DNA of 64,000 nt. It comes from Candidatus Marinacidobacterium sp. Lineage in GTDB: Bacteria > Acidobacteriota > Vicinamibacteria > Marinacidobacterales > Marinacidobacteraceae. Below, piece by piece: positions 18,918-33,800 of this stretch (the first letter of the stretch is position 1; each line of letters opens with the position of its first letter). The stretch lies in contig OZ242011.1 of NCBI GenBank assembly GCA_965204755.1, forward strand, positions 2,112,001-2,176,000. The letters are read 5' to 3'. The position numbers and the translations under genes are program-made. Under the pieces are notes generated by a model. It was not told the origin of the DNA and did not search any database. It saw nothing but the letters and a program-made list of their open reading frames with translations.

Positions 18918-20761
18918 AGCCGCGACAACTCCTCTTCCAGCATCTGCCGCCGGTACATCGCGGCGTAGAGGCCGCCTTCGGCGATGAGTTCGTCGTGCGT
19001 TCCCTGCTCGGCGATGCGCGTTCGCCCGCGTTCGTCCGCTTCGAGCAGGTAGATGCGGTCGGCGTCCATCACCGTGCTCAACCGGTGCGCCACGATGACG
19101 GTCGTCCGTTCGCGCGAGGCGCGGCGCACCGCTTCGAGGATGTGGGACTCGGTCTCCGAATCCACCGCGCTCAGCACATCGTCGAGCACCAGGATGGAAC
19201 TGTCCGGCAGGAGCGCCCTGGCGATGGCGGCGCGCTGCCGCTGCCCGCCGGAGAGCGTCACGCCCCGTTCGCCGACGACGGTGTCGTAGCCGGCGGGGAA
19301 ACCGGCGATGTCCGTGGCGAGCCCCGCTTCGTCGGCGACGCGCTCGATGTCCGCCTCCGGCGCGTCCGGACGGCCGAACGAGAGGTTGTCCCGGAGCGGC
19401 AGCGAGAAGAGGAAACTGTCCTGCGGGACGAACCCGATCGAGGTGCGCAGGTCGTCCAGCGGGATCTCGCGCACATCGCGGCCGCCGATCCGCACTTCGC
19501 CCGCCTGCGGGTCGAAGATGCGGGGAATGAGCCGCGCCACCGTGCTCTTCCCGCTGCCGGTGCGCCCGACCAGCGCGACCGTCTGCCCGCGTTCGATGGT
19601 CAGGTTGAATCCGGAGAGCACCGCGGGCGCTTCGGCCCCGTTCGTTTCAGCCCCGTTAGTTTCCGCCCGGTTCGTTCCGGCGCCGTTCGACTCCGCGCCC
19701 GCCGCGTTCTCGCCGACCGCCGGCCGCGGGTAAGCGAAGTCCACCTCGCGGAACTCGATCGCGCCGTCGAGCCGTTCCGGTTTCGCCGCGGTCCGCGCCG
19801 GCGCCGCCGTCGGGGATTCGTCCAACACCGCCGCGAGGCGCTTCATGGACGCCGCGCCGCGCTGGTGGATGTTCACCACCCAGCCCAGCGCGATCATCGG
19901 CCAGGTGAGGTAGCCGTAGTAGAACAGGAACGCGACGAGTTCGCCGACGGTGATCGCCCCGGCCGCGGCGAGCCGCCCGCCGAACACGAGCGTCGCCGCG
20001 AGCCCCAATCCGATGAGCGAGAGGAGCAGCGGGAACAGCGCCGCGCTCACCGCCACCAACTTCATGCTGAGCCCGGCGTAGGCCTCGTTCTCCCGCGCGA
20101 ACACCCGGCGCTGCGCGTCCTCCTGCGCGAACGCCCGCACCAGGCGCGCGGCGGAAGCGTTCTCCTGCACCACCGCGGAGATGTCGGCCATCTTGGCCTG
20201 CACCTTCTCGGACCGGCGGAAGATCTTCGCGCCGAGCACCTTCATGAGCACGGACACCACCGGCATGACGGCGAGGGTGATGAGCGTGAGCCGCGGACTG
20301 ATCGCCAACATGAATGCGAAGCAACCGACGGTGGTGATGACGGTTTCGACGGGATACATCACGCCGGGCCCCAGCACCATCCGCACCGCGTTCATGTCCT
20401 GCGCGCTGCGGGAAAGGAGGTCGCCCACCCGGTAGCGCGCGTGGAACGACGCCGGCAGCCGCTGGAGGTGCCCGTAGAAGTCCCGCCGCATGTCGTATTC
20501 CGCGTAGCGCGAAACCCCGATCAGGTACCAGCGCATGAAGTAGCGGAAGACCGCCGAGCCGGCCGCCGCGGCGACGATGTAGCCGCCGAAGGTCCACAGG
20601 TATTCCGTTTCCCCGGCCTGCAGCGCGTCTATGGCGCGTTCGAGGACCTGCGGGACGATGAGGTAGAAGACCCGGCAGAGGAACAGCGCGACCAGCCCGA
20701 AGGCGATGCGCCCCCGGTACCGGGCGAGATACGGCCACAGGCGCCGCCAGAGATCGAGCAT
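18914..20761 (-). CDS. ABC exporter ATP-binding/permease subunit (MdlA-like)
   Basis: TM domain plus GRTGSGKS, LSGGQRQR and LVLDDVLSAVD (degenerate site of a heterodimeric pair). Confidence 0.92.
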   Translation of the reverse strand: MLDLWRRLWPYLARYRGRIAFGLVALFLCRVFYLIVPQVLERAIDALQAGETEYLWTFGGYIVAAAAGSAVFRYFMRWYLIGVSRYAEYDMRRDFYGHLQRLPASFHARYRVGDLLSRSAQDMNAVRMVLGPGVMYPVETVITTVGCFAFMLAISPRLTLITLAVMPVVSVLMKVLGAKIFRRSEKVQAKMADISAVVQENASAARLVRAFAQEDAQRRVFARENEAYAGLSMKLVAVSAALFPLLLSLIGLGLAATLVFGGRLAAAGAITVGELVAFLFYYGYLTWPMIALGWVVNIHQRGAASMKRLAAVLDESPTAAPARTAAKPERLDGAIEFREVDFAYPRPAVGENAAGAESNGAGTNRAETNGAETNGAEAPAVLSGFNLTIERGQTVALVGRTGSGKSTVARLIPRIFDPQAGEVRIGGRDVREIPLDDLRTSIGFVPQDSFLFSLPLRDNLSFGRPDAPEADIERVADEAGLATDIAGFPAGYDTVVGERGVTLSGGQRQRAAIARALLPDSSILVLDDVLSAVDSETESHILEAVRRASRERTTVIVAHRLSTVMDADRIYLLEADERGRTRIAEQGTHDELIAEGGLYAAMYRRQMLEEELSRL

Positions 20762-20785
20762 CTGTCGTCGGCGCCGCCCTTCGCC

Positions 20786-21373
20786 TCAGTCCCCGTGCCG
20801 CGCGCGCAGCGGCGGACACAGCCGCGCCATCAGGATCATCCGCTCCAGGAAGTCGAGCCATTCGGAGGTTTCGGCGGCCAGCGCCGCGCCGCCCGCCGAC
20901 CCGGGCACGGGACAGGCGGCGCCGAGTTCCGTCGCGGCCTTCTCCCGGTACACCGAGAGCGGCCGGTCGCCGAACCGCCCGATCTCGTGGAAGTCCTCGG
21001 TGAGCGCGACGGCCACCGGCACCCGCATCGCCCCGAGCACCCGCAGGTGGTCGCGCAGTTCCGGGATCGCGTCCCGGTCGAGCACCCGCAGTTCCAGCGG
21101 CGGCCCGGCGGCTTCCGCCAGCCGCGCGAGCACCGGAACCGACCGCGAACAGTCCCCGCACCAGATCCCGCTGAGACAGAGCACCCGCACGACCCGCCCC
21201 GCCGGGTCGAGCCTCTGCGCCGCGTCCTCGGGCAGCGCCGGGACCGCGGCGTCCGCCCGCTCCCAGGCCCGCCGCTCCCGCGCATCCCCGGTGGCGAGGT
21301 AGTCGGGGTAGGCCGCCGCCTCGCCGAAGGCCCGGCGATAGAGCGACGCCCGCAAATCGAAGTAGTCGGACAC
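20786..21373 (-). CDS. thioredoxin-family protein (Thioredoxin_9-like)
   Basis: Motifs WCGDC, LRVLDRD, RVPV and FGDRP; GTG start at 21373 inferred. Confidence 0.8.
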   Translation of the reverse strand: MSDYFDLRASLYRRAFGEAAAYPDYLATGDARERRAWERADAAVPALPEDAAQRLDPAGRVVRVLCLSGIWCGDCSRSVPVLARLAEAAGPPLELRVLDRDAIPELRDHLRVLGAMRVPVAVALTEDFHEIGRFGDRPLSVYREKAATELGAACPVPGSAGGAALAAETSEWLDFLERMILMARLCPPLRARHGD

Positions 21374-21428
21374 CGGCGAACCGGGGATTATCGCGCCCCG
21401 GGGCGGTTCCGGGGCGGCGGGGCGCGGC

Positions 21429-22952
21429 CTACAGCAGCGTCCGCCGCCCGCCCTGCTCCTCCCGCGCCAGCCGCGCAATTTCCGGCCACGACCGCACGAG
21501 GGCGTTGTAGGGCCGCGCATCCGCCGGCCGCTTCTGCCGGTCGCACACGGCGTAGAGCAAGTGCGCAAGCGCCCGCGCCGTCTCGGCTTGCCCGCCGATC
21601 TTCCGCAGCAGTCGCGCGGCGGCCACCTCTCCTTCGGCGTCAAGCACGCGGATCAGGTGATGCACCATCTCCCACACGGTCAAGCGTCGGTCTGTGGCGG
21701 GGTCCCAGTCTTCGGGCAACTCCACCGGCTTGAGCAGCCGTACACGACCTCCGCTCGCGCGAAGGATCCCTGCCTCGACCAACCCTTCGATGCCGATGTT
21801 CTTCGCCTTCGCCAGAATTTCCGCTCCGCCGTAGTCCCCCTCATCGAAGTGGTGCTGAATGAACCAAGCCAACGCCCACCGGGTGTCGCTGTCGAACTCG
21901 GCCTCATGCTCCGAGAGAGTCGCGTCCAAGACTTCGTTGACGACAGCCAGCGCCTCGCCGACGGTCATCTTTTCTCCCGAGGAATAGAGAACCTCGGCGT
22001 AGCGGGTAAAGACCGCCATACCCGGCCCGATGGCGGCTTGGGCCAAGTCAACCGGCGCGATGCCCGCCTTCTGAAGGTCGATAAGGGCCGGAGGCAGTTC
22101 GTGCTCGAGAGCATCACGGAATTCTCGCCATGTCGCGGTCGGCGCGTCTGGCGACCGCCGCCGACAGGCGAGAACGATGCTCGATGCCAAGGCATTTGCT
22201 CCTGCAGCGACCGTGCGGTACGTCTGCTCCGTCCTTAGGGGAAGGGTCCCCGTGATCTGGAACCCAGAACGGATGACAGCGTCCAAGAAAGTAGCCCATC
22301 CTTTGCTCACGATACCGACGCCCTTCTTGGTTTCCGATTGCTTGAAGGCGTAGTAGATCGTCGTGGGAAACGCGGGGTGCGTTCCGTTCGACAACAGAGA
22401 CAACACTTCCTCCATGCCATCCATGAAGAAGATATCCGCCGCCCTTGTATCGCCGTGTCGATACGGAGTTGCCACGAGTTCTTCCAACTTCGGCACAGCA
22501 AGTGTCGCGAATAGATCGGGAAACACTTCGTTCGCAGAACGTCGCAGCCAGACATAGAAGAAATCTGAGATATCCGCATAGCCGATGTTGTTGTAGTAAG
22601 GCGGATCCGTCGAAACGACTCGGCCGGGTTGAAGGCTTACTGTTCGCGCGTCTTGTTGCCAGGCCTCGGCTTTGTTTGGAGGTGGTGTCGGGCCGACAAG
22701 TTTCTTGGCGCAATCAGCGATGAAGTGGATGGCAGGAACAAGGCCGCCGACTGCTACCTCAAGCGGCGCTGTTTCAGCGAAGCCCCATGTCATGGCAATC
22801 GCTTGTTTGCTGAAGAGGTGCATAACCTTCTCATTGCCAGCGAGCCAACTCGTACCTGTATTGCCGAAGTCGGCACATCGATCTACGGCGAGCGCCAGAT
22901 AGACCGATACGGCGTCGGCGTAGGCAGATGGCCCGGTGCCGCCTTCGTGCAA
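21429..22952 (-). CDS. DUF1156 DNA methyltransferase copy 1, C-terminal half (catalytic DPPY), frameshifted from the N-half at the (AG)12 tract
   Basis: Motifs VVSTDPPYYNNIGYADISDFFYVWLR, TTIYYAFKQ and GIAPVDLAQAAIGPGMAVF. The frame stays open upstream to the repeat ([16 protein letters not shown]). Confidence 0.88.
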   Translation of the reverse strand: MHEGGTGPSAYADAVSVYLALAVDRCADFGNTGTSWLAGNEKVMHLFSKQAIAMTWGFAETAPLEVAVGGLVPAIHFIADCAKKLVGPTPPPNKAEAWQQDARTVSLQPGRVVSTDPPYYNNIGYADISDFFYVWLRRSANEVFPDLFATLAVPKLEELVATPYRHGDTRAADIFFMDGMEEVLSLLSNGTHPAFPTTIYYAFKQSETKKGVGIVSKGWATFLDAVIRSGFQITGTLPLRTEQTYRTVAAGANALASSIVLACRRRSPDAPTATWREFRDALEHELPPALIDLQKAGIAPVDLAQAAIGPGMAVFTRYAEVLYSSGEKMTVGEALAVVNEVLDATLSEHEAEFDSDTRWALAWFIQHHFDEGDYGGAEILAKAKNIGIEGLVEAGILRASGGRVRLLKPVELPEDWDPATDRRLTVWEMVHHLIRVLDAEGEVAAARLLRKIGGQAETARALAHLLYAVCDRQKRPADARPYNALVRSWPEIARLAREEQGGRRTLL

Positions 22953-22963
22953 TGGGCGCGAAT

Positions 22964-24343
22964 CTACGCCGCCTGTCTCTCTCTCTCTCTCTCTCTCTCT
23001 ACGGACATCGCGTCCTGATGCACCTTTTCGCGGGCCTCACTTACCAAGTCGGAGAAGGTCGTAAGCGCCGTCAACTGCCGCTCCGTGAACAGGTCGGCCC
23101 AAGTGAAGACACCGTAACCACGCCCGCTCACGAGGTTCGTCGTGACCCGGTTCATCGGCTCGTCCGGTCGCCAAGCGGGGGAGGCCATCCGGGCGGTCTC
23201 CTCCTGGTCCGCCGAGGGTGGCAGATAGACCCGCTCCCGGTCGCCCTCGGCCACGATCGCCATCAGACGCGTGCCCATGCGGCCAGCCATACTTTCTGCC
23301 TTGATGAAGTCGGGCGACATCGGCGTGTCCGACATCACGCATTCGAAGCTGGCACCCCGGCCGATTTTAGTACCCGATCTCGCCGAGTCCGGAGGGGAGC
23401 CGATTCGAACCGCGAACCGGTAGTGCCTTCCCTCGATCACAGGCTCCACCCAAGCCTCCTTGCCCTTCTTGGTTGAGAGCATGAAGTTGGAAACGAGTGG
23501 GACCTCGACATCGGCGAACGCCGGATTCGGACTGCGCACCGTTCGCGCCCACAGCCAAGCGATCACCGCCAAGTTCCGATTAATGTAGCGCTCCAAGTCA
23601 GGCCGCTTCCCCGCGATCTGCTGCGTGACTCGCACGTTCGGATAGAGATGCCCGATGCGCCGCTCCGCTTCGTCACGCATCCACTGTCCGTAGAAGCGCA
23701 CATCTTCGGAGAGTCCCATCGTGCCCTTCCAGTCCTTTACCGTGAGCGCGGCCCTACGGGACTCCGGGTTCACCGGCGGACGCCTGGAGAACTTCGGCGG
23801 GATCTCGATCATCGCCTTGTTGATGAGCACCGCTACCGGGTTCAGATCGCTCGCGTGGGCCTCCAGACCGAGGCGCTGCGCTTCCAGCGGAATGGCACCG
23901 CCTCCAGCGAACGGATCGTGGAACACCGGCAATCGCTCTGCGGCGAATAGCTCCGCTGCCCTCGGATGGTCAGCATTGTCCGCGCAGGTCCTCCGCCAAC
24001 TCCTCCGGATCTCTTCCCGCGCCAGATCCAGCAACGCCGTGCTCGTCGTGTTCTCCCACTTCACGAGTTCCCGAAGTATGCCGAACAGCCGTTCCCGCTC
24101 CGCGTCCTGCTCCTCCTTGGTCGGGAACAACTCCGGCCGGGACGACGGATCGTCGACGAGCTGCGCAAACAGCACGGCTCGCGCCGCCGCCAGTGGCTTC
24201 CGGGACCACCACTGGTGCAGTCCACGAGGATGCGGTCCGATCCCAGGCATCTTCTCGTAGGATGCAGCCCGATTGATGTCATCGAGCGGCAACGCCACTT
24301 CGATGAGTTTCCGAACGGTCTTCACTGCGGGATCGCCGCCCAT
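22964..24343 (-). CDS. DUF1156 DNA methyltransferase copy 1, N-terminal half (SAM-binding motif), ends just after the (AG)12 tract
   Basis: Motifs [26 protein letters not shown] and [17 protein letters not shown]; ends [13 protein letters not shown]-stop. Confidence 0.88.
   Translation of the reverse strand: MGGDPAVKTVRKLIEVALPLDDINRAASYEKMPGIGPHPRGLHQWWSRKPLAAARAVLFAQLVDDPSSRPELFPTKEEQDAERERLFGILRELVKWENTTSTALLDLAREEIRRSWRRTCADNADHPRAAELFAAERLPVFHDPFAGGGAIPLEAQRLGLEAHASDLNPVAVLINKAMIEIPPKFSRRPPVNPESRRAALTVKDWKGTMGLSEDVRFYGQWMRDEAERRIGHLYPNVRVTQQIAGKRPDLERYINRNLAVIAWLWARTVRSPNPAFADVEVPLVSNFMLSTKKGKEAWVEPVIEGRHYRFAVRIGSPPDSARSGTKIGRGASFECVMSDTPMSPDFIKAESMAGRMGTRLMAIVAEGDRERVYLPPSADQEETARMASPAWRPDEPMNRVTTNLVSGRGYGVFTWADLFTERQLTALTTFSDLVSEAREKVHQDAMSVERERERERQAA
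22977..23000 (-). repeat. (AG)12 microsatellite inside methyltransferase copy 1
   Basis: 12 CT units on the + strand, counted directly. Confidence 0.97.
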
Positions 24344-24353
24344 CCCGGATCGT

Positions 24354-24935
24354 TCAGCCGACCGCGGACGCACTGAACAACGCGATCATGTCCTTCTGGG
24401 ACTGCTCAAGTGGCAGAAGGGAGGAATCGCGCGGATAGACCTCCACGTCGTCCCACAAGTTTGCGGGAACATAGGTCGCCATCCCAATCCTCTTCCGCGG
24501 GTTCCGCCCCCGGAGTTCGGACAACAGGGCAACCGCCTCGAACAGGAAGACCGATGCGATCACCCACGGTCGAGTCTGTCCGCGCGAGGCCACTGGCGCC
24601 GCCGGTGACCCGGTCATCACAAAGTAGTAGTCCGGCCCATCCTCCTTCTTCAAGTCGAGCAGGCGCTCGTGTCGCGTGTAGTACTTGACGTTCACGGTCT
24701 TCCCGTCAAGAGTCCCTCCCCGGAACGCGCCGTCGAATCCTTCCTGCGTCGCGCTCCCGCACAACTCGATGCCGAAGATCTGCGCCGCCACGAACTCCCC
24801 GAAGTGTCCCGGCAACGCCGGCCGCTCGATGATCTTCGCCACCCGGCGGTCCGCGGCGTTCTTCTTTCGGACCATTTCACCCAAGAGCCGAAGAGATCGG
24901 TGACCGCGTTTGCGGCCGCTGCTCGGCAATGACAC
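24354..24935 (-). CDS. hypothetical protein, putative PD-(D/E)XK-like nuclease; paralog of 49232..49747
   Basis: Pattern [12 protein letters not shown]...GFDG...GKTVNVKYY...PDYYFVMTG; GGGAG RBS upstream of the GTG. Confidence 0.65.
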   Translation of the reverse strand: MSLPSSGRKRGHRSLRLLGEMVRKKNAADRRVAKIIERPALPGHFGEFVAAQIFGIELCGSATQEGFDGAFRGGTLDGKTVNVKYYTRHERLLDLKKEDGPDYYFVMTGSPAAPVASRGQTRPWVIASVFLFEAVALLSELRGRNPRKRIGMATYVPANLWDDVEVYPRDSSLLPLEQSQKDMIALFSASAVG

Positions 24936-24944
24936 GCGTACTCC

Positions 24945-25457
24945 CTACGGTGCGAACAGACTTGCCGAAGCGGGTTCGCCGGGCGTCACGATGCGAAGGA
25001 GTGGACGATTCGGGTTCTCGAACAGCAGGTCGCGTATCGGATCGCTAGGCAACTTGTCGTCCAGCGATAGGAGTCGTTTGTCGAAAGTCTCGAACAAATG
25101 ACAACCCGTGTCGAGTGCCGCGGCGAGATGCGCTGCGTCTCGCGGATGGATTCCGAAATCCCAGCAGATGAGTTGTGAGATCGCGGCGATGTCTTGGTCG
25201 ATGTCTCTCCAGAGCAGATGGTCGCGCCGAAAGAACGCCTGAACCTTGTCGCGTACTTCCATCGGCATGGGCACGGGGGAGCCCGGAGGACGTACGACCT
25301 CGATCTGCACGAGCGGAGACACGCAGATCGTGGTTTCCCCTGCGTCGGCGAGATCGAGTATTCGCTGGCAGGCCGGGGCTGTGGGTTCATCGTTCAGCAG
25401 GCTCAGAAAGCAGGGAGAATCCCAGTACCGCAGGATCGCGTGTTGCAAGTCCGGCAT
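24945..25457 (-). CDS. PIN-domain (VapC-like) ribonuclease toxin
   Basis: Motifs YWDSPCFL, VSPLVQIEV, RDAAHLAAAL and FETFDKRL; ATG at 25457 coupled to the upstream stop (TGATG). Confidence 0.8.
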   Translation of the reverse strand: MPDLQHAILRYWDSPCFLSLLNDEPTAPACQRILDLADAGETTICVSPLVQIEVVRPPGSPVPMPMEVRDKVQAFFRRDHLLWRDIDQDIAAISQLICWDFGIHPRDAAHLAAALDTGCHLFETFDKRLLSLDDKLPSDPIRDLLFENPNRPLLRIVTPGEPASASLFAP

Positions 25458-26241
25458 CAATCCGACCTCACATATCGAGCCCACTCCTCGAGGTCTATGG
25501 GATCGTCAGCGAGCAGACCGCGAAGGTCCTCCGCCCGAGGCGACCGCTCCGTGCTGAGCGGACGGAGGGATGTCGCCGAGGCCAAGCGCCGGCCCAGAGA
25601 ATCGCGAACGATCTCGCCGTGAACCACGACACGCTTGCCGAAGAGCCGGGCCGCCTCCGTCAAGAGTTCCGGAGAGCATCGGCACTCGATCCGCTCTCCG
25701 GAGATCTCGTCGTGCACGGCCAACATGCCATGGATCGTCATCATGTCCAAGGTGCCGCGGACGGAGCCGATGGCTCGCCAGCGGGGTCGGCGGAGCTCGT
25801 CCAAGTTGGCGGTGATCCGATTGGTGATTGTTACCGAAGGCTCCCCGAGACTGACCCCCTCGGAAAAGATTTGGAGTCTGGCCGAGCCCCTATCGGTGTG
25901 GGCCGCGAGTCTTCGGACAGCGCGGAGCGCGGCCTCGCTGAAGAACTCGGGGCGCGATGCCGCGCGCTCCATCTCCCGGAGGCCCGAAAGCGTTCGCGCG
26001 ATCGTGCGCGATGCATCTTCGACCGCGTCGCCAGCAGGCGGAGAGCGACGAGGCCGCTTCCGTGCTGGAGGCCGATGGGACTCCAAGTGATGCTCTGCTC
26101 GATCGACACAGACCGACCTACCTCCCGGAGAAGGACCAGGAGCGACCCGCCGGCCTCGAAGAACGCCTCGGCGGAGATGCCGGGCCGGTCAGGGCGCAGA
26201 CCGATGGTCGGCACTGCGTCGGCGGGCTGGAGAGTGTTCAC
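25457..26241 (-). pseudogene. frameshifted paralog of 26238..27080 (PIN-associated protein)
   Basis: N-part (PTIGLRPDRPGISAEAFF...) is in ORF 25831..26241 and C-part (AIGSVRGTLD...RIECRC...DDPIDLEEWARYVR) is in ORF 25457..26086. The frame changes near 26030-26045. Confidence 0.7.
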
Positions 26242-27080
26242 GACGGCTGGTCAGCGGACGGGGCCGGAGGGACATCGGATTCTAGGCACGATTCGTCCGC
26301 GGGGTTGAAGATCCACTTCTCTCTCACATACCGCGACCATTCGGGAATCGAGATCGGATCGTCCTTCAGGAGACCGCGCATGTCTTCGACTTGGGGAAAA
26401 GGACCGTCTCCCAGAAGGTCGAAGGATTCGACGAGCACCTTCGCCACCTCGCCGTCCGTGCCGTAGCGCATCTCCCCGGTCGCGATCATCCGCTTTCCCA
26501 AGTGCGCCGCCGCTCGGTCGAGCGTCTCGCGGTCGCACCGGCATTCGACCCGCGAGCCCGTCAAGGCGTCGTAGATGAAGAAGGCGGTTCGTCCGTGGAC
26601 GGTCAGCCCTTCCATCCGCCCCTCGACCGAACCGATCTCGGTGCCGGGAGGGCGCGCCAGCCCTTCCGCGTGCGCGGCAGAGCGCGCCGTTACGAAGACC
26701 TCGCGTTCGCCGGATGCGTCTTCGGCCCGCACTTCGATTCGAGCATCCGCGGCTCGGGCCGCGCCGCCGAGCGTCCGCGCCCGCCGTAGGGCGCGCCCTT
26801 CCGCTACCAAGATGGGTTTCGGCGACTCCTCCAACTGGCGAAGATAGGAGAGAACCTTGCCGATCGTCGCGGCGGCGTGTTCCCGGTGTCCGGGCTCGCG
26901 GGCTTCGAAGGCGACGGAGGCGACGCGAGAGTCCGAGCGCGCGACGCTCCAGACGATCTTCGTCTCCGGCCGGCGCGACCGCTCGAATGCCCTCACCAGT
27001 TGGAACAGGGCCCGCGCCGCCCGGAGGAAGACCCGCGCCGGGATTTCGATCCGGTCGAAGCGCAAGCCGATCGTGGGCAC
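26238..27080 (-). CDS. hypothetical protein, putative PIN-toxin partner
   Basis: PTIGLRFDR...EIGSVEGRMEG...RVECRC...DDPISIPEWSRYVR; colinear with the downstream frameshifted paralog. Confidence 0.75.
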   Translation of the reverse strand: MPTIGLRFDRIEIPARVFLRAARALFQLVRAFERSRRPETKIVWSVARSDSRVASVAFEAREPGHREHAAATIGKVLSYLRQLEESPKPILVAEGRALRRARTLGGAARAADARIEVRAEDASGEREVFVTARSAAHAEGLARPPGTEIGSVEGRMEGLTVHGRTAFFIYDALTGSRVECRCDRETLDRAAAHLGKRMIATGEMRYGTDGEVAKVLVESFDLLGDGPFPQVEDMRGLLKDDPISIPEWSRYVREKWIFNPADESCLESDVPPAPSADQPS

Positions 27081-27255
27081 GGTGTCTCGATGGTGAAGAG
27101 CAGCCGACCCGGAGACGCTCCGAGAGCGACCGGGTGGGCGAAGATTCTATCGGCGGCTGTCGGGCGCCCCCGCTGGGCCTACGCCTACGCCGCCTGCCGC
27201 AACCGAGGCAGGGTCGGGGTGGTGCGGGGCGACCGCCCCCGTGGGCGAGGCGTAC

Positions 27256-30831
<3,576 letters not shown>

Positions 30832-30877
30832 CGCGGGGCGCGGCGCGGTTCCGCCGCCGGGGGCGCGGCGGCGGGAA

Positions 30878-33800
30878 TCACTCGGTCTCGAATTCGGAAC
30901 TGTCGAACGAGAGCGTCCGGCCGTTCTCGCTGACGGTACGCGTCACCTGCTCGGAGAAACCTTCCTCCGCCGTCGCTTCGATCTCCAGCGAGACGGTCAC
31001 CTTCGCTCCGGAATGCCCGGCGAGGTGCGCGATCACCGCGTCGGCGATCTTCGCGGCGTCCGGCCCGACGCGCATCGGGTCGAGCGACGCCCGGCCCGAA
31101 TACCGCTTCTTCGACGGCGCCGGCGGGATCGGCGGAACGGGATCCGGATCGGGCTCCGGTTCGTCCGGTTTCGGCACGGGGTCGGGGGTCGGATCCGGCC
31201 GATCCTCCTGCAACTGCCGCCAGGCCCGCTCCGGTTTCACCAGCAGGCCCGGCGCGTCCACCGAAACCGCCGTCGCCTGTCCGGCGCGAAGCCCGAGATA
31301 CCGATCGGCCTCCTCGTCGTAACCGTCGGCGAAGGCGAACGACTCCGGCAGCCAACTCATCAGCCCCAGCCCGTTCCCGATCGTCCGTGCGAGCACCGAA
31401 GGGTCGAGCAACCGCGGCAAGTACAGGTACTGCGCGTAGTCCTCCGCGAGTTGGCGCACTTCCACATGTTGCGCGTTCTCGCGGGTCGGCCCGCGCCAGA
31501 GCGGCACGCGGTCCATCTCCCGGCGCAGCATCGTCGGCCCGTAACCCTTGATGAGCCATTCGTCGCGCAGCGCCCGCGCCGCGGCGCGCTTGACCAGCGA
31601 CTCGGTGGTCCGCAGTTCCACCGCATCCCACCCCGGCGGATCCGCCGGCTCGCGCTGCTGCGGCGCGAGCAGCCACCGCCAGATCTCCGGCAGCCGCGCC
31701 ACCACGGTTTCGTCGGCGTCGCGCTTCCGGGTTTCCGCCTGCTTCGCCTGCTGCGCGTTCAGGTTCAGCGACTCCCGCTCGTCCACGATGGACGACCACG
31801 CGAGAAACGCGCGCGCCGCTTCCTCCAGGTCGGAGAGCCGCGCCTGGTCCGGCGCGAGGAAGAGCAGCGTGTTCCGGTAGGTCCGCGGCGCGTTCCCCCG
31901 ACTCTCCAGGATCGCCCGCGCGTGCTGTTCCGCAGCGCTGTCCCCGCCCCGGCGGTAGGCCGCGTCCGCCGGCAGGACGACCAGCCGGGCATCGCGCAGG
32001 TCGGCCACATCGGCCCCGGAAGCCGGCAGCGCGTGCACCGCCGCGAACTCGTGGCGAACCTTCACCGCCCCGCGCACCCGCTCGGCGATCTCCACGGCGA
32101 CTTCGTCCTTGGAACGCATCTCGGCGCGCCCCTCGGCGAGTTTGGTGACGGTCGGCTGCGTGTCGAACCACGCCTGCGATTCGTCGCGGTAGAGGTGCGT
32201 CGCCCGCGCCGCGAGCCGCCGCAGCGCGTCGTCGAAGACCGCGGACGACTCCCCGGGCAAGGCGCAACCGAGCCGCATCCGCTGGTCGTCGAGTCCGCGC
32301 TGCGCGGTGCCCCGCTTCGGCGCGGAACCGAGGAAGATCGTCCGCGCCGCCCGCCGCGCCGCCTTGAGTTTGCCGAGCGCCGGCACTTCGTTGTCCAGAG
32401 TGAGCGGCAACGAGTTCGGCCCGTCCACATCGAGCCCGATGATCGGCGTCCAGTTGTCGGTGAGGTAACGCGTGAGTTCCGGCTGCACCCGCGCGTCTTC
32501 GATCGGGATCGAGGACGGCAGGATGAGCGGGGACCGGTCGCCGCTCTCCCAGAGGGTATGGATGACCGAAGCCATGAGCCGCAGCACGCCCCGCGTCCGC
32601 TGGAACCGCAGCAGCGTGGACCAGTCGTCGTAGAGCCGGTCGAAGACCTCCGGGTGGATCGGGTACGCGGCCCGCAGCCGCGCTTCGTAGTCCGCTTCCC
32701 GGCACTTCGGCGGGAACTCTCCCTTGCGCTCGCGGTAGAACCGGGCGAAAGCGCGGGCGGTCAAGTCGCGCTGCTTGAAGTTGTTCGCCGGCAACTCCTG
32801 GAACAGCCGCCGCCGCACGATCTCGAAACCCTCTTCCGCGGTGGCCGGCCGCCAGGGCGACGCCACCCGCTCGATCACATTCCGCAACTGCGACAGCGCT
32901 TCCCGGCCGCGCACGCCGCCCACTTCGTCGTCCGTCGTTTCCACGACGCTCTCGGAGTGCGGCGACGGCGCCATGTCCGAAGCCGGCAGCGAAACCACCA
33001 CGAGACAGTCGGCCACCTGCTTCGCCGACTCGGTGAGCGTCTGCGCGAAGGTGAACTGCGTCTCGAAGGTACCGCCGGGGAGGGGATCCGAACCGAGTTG
33101 CCGGGCGTACGCCACCCATTCGTCAATGAGGACGAGACACGGGCCGTAGTCGCGGAACAGGTCGGCGAGCGCGCTGCCGGGGTTCGTCGCCCGCTCGTCG
33201 CTGGGCCGGATGCGTTCGTAGGCTTCCTTGCCGCCGAGTTGCCAGGCGAGTTCGCCCCAGAGCGTCCGGACTTCCGTTCCGTCGTCCTTGACCGATGCCT
33301 GTCCGGGCGCGATGCGGTTCCCGACCAGCACCACGCGCCGCGCGCCGCCGGGCAGCGACTGCCCGGTCTCCGCCAGCAGCGCGTCCACTCCCTGCAGGTC
33401 GGCGCTGCCGGCCCCGGAGAACAGGTGGTAGAGCGCGAGCATCGAGTGCGTCTTCCCGCCCCCGAAGTTCGTCTGCAACTCGACGACCGGATCCCCGCCT
33501 TCGCCGCGGAGCCGCCGCACCGCATCGGTGAGCAGCGTCCGCAGGCTGTCCGTCAGGTAGGTGCGCCGGAAGAATTCGCTCGGTTTTCGGTATTCGTCCG
33601 CGCCTTCGCCCTGGTGCACCTGCCAGAGGTCCGCGGCGAACTCCGCCTCCCGGTACCTTCCGGTGGCCACATCCGGATGCGGTTCGATGAGGTCGCGCCA
33701 CGGCTTCGCCCCGCCTGCGGGTTCGCTCTCGATGAGCGGTTTCCGCGCCCGCTGCTTTTCGATGTTGCGCCGCTGTTCCTCGAACCGCTGCCGCAGCATC

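Noticed and set aside
19625-19710. Short AE(T/S)NG repeats in the ABC transporter
   Set aside because: A small in-frame low-complexity loop insert with no sign of wider significance.
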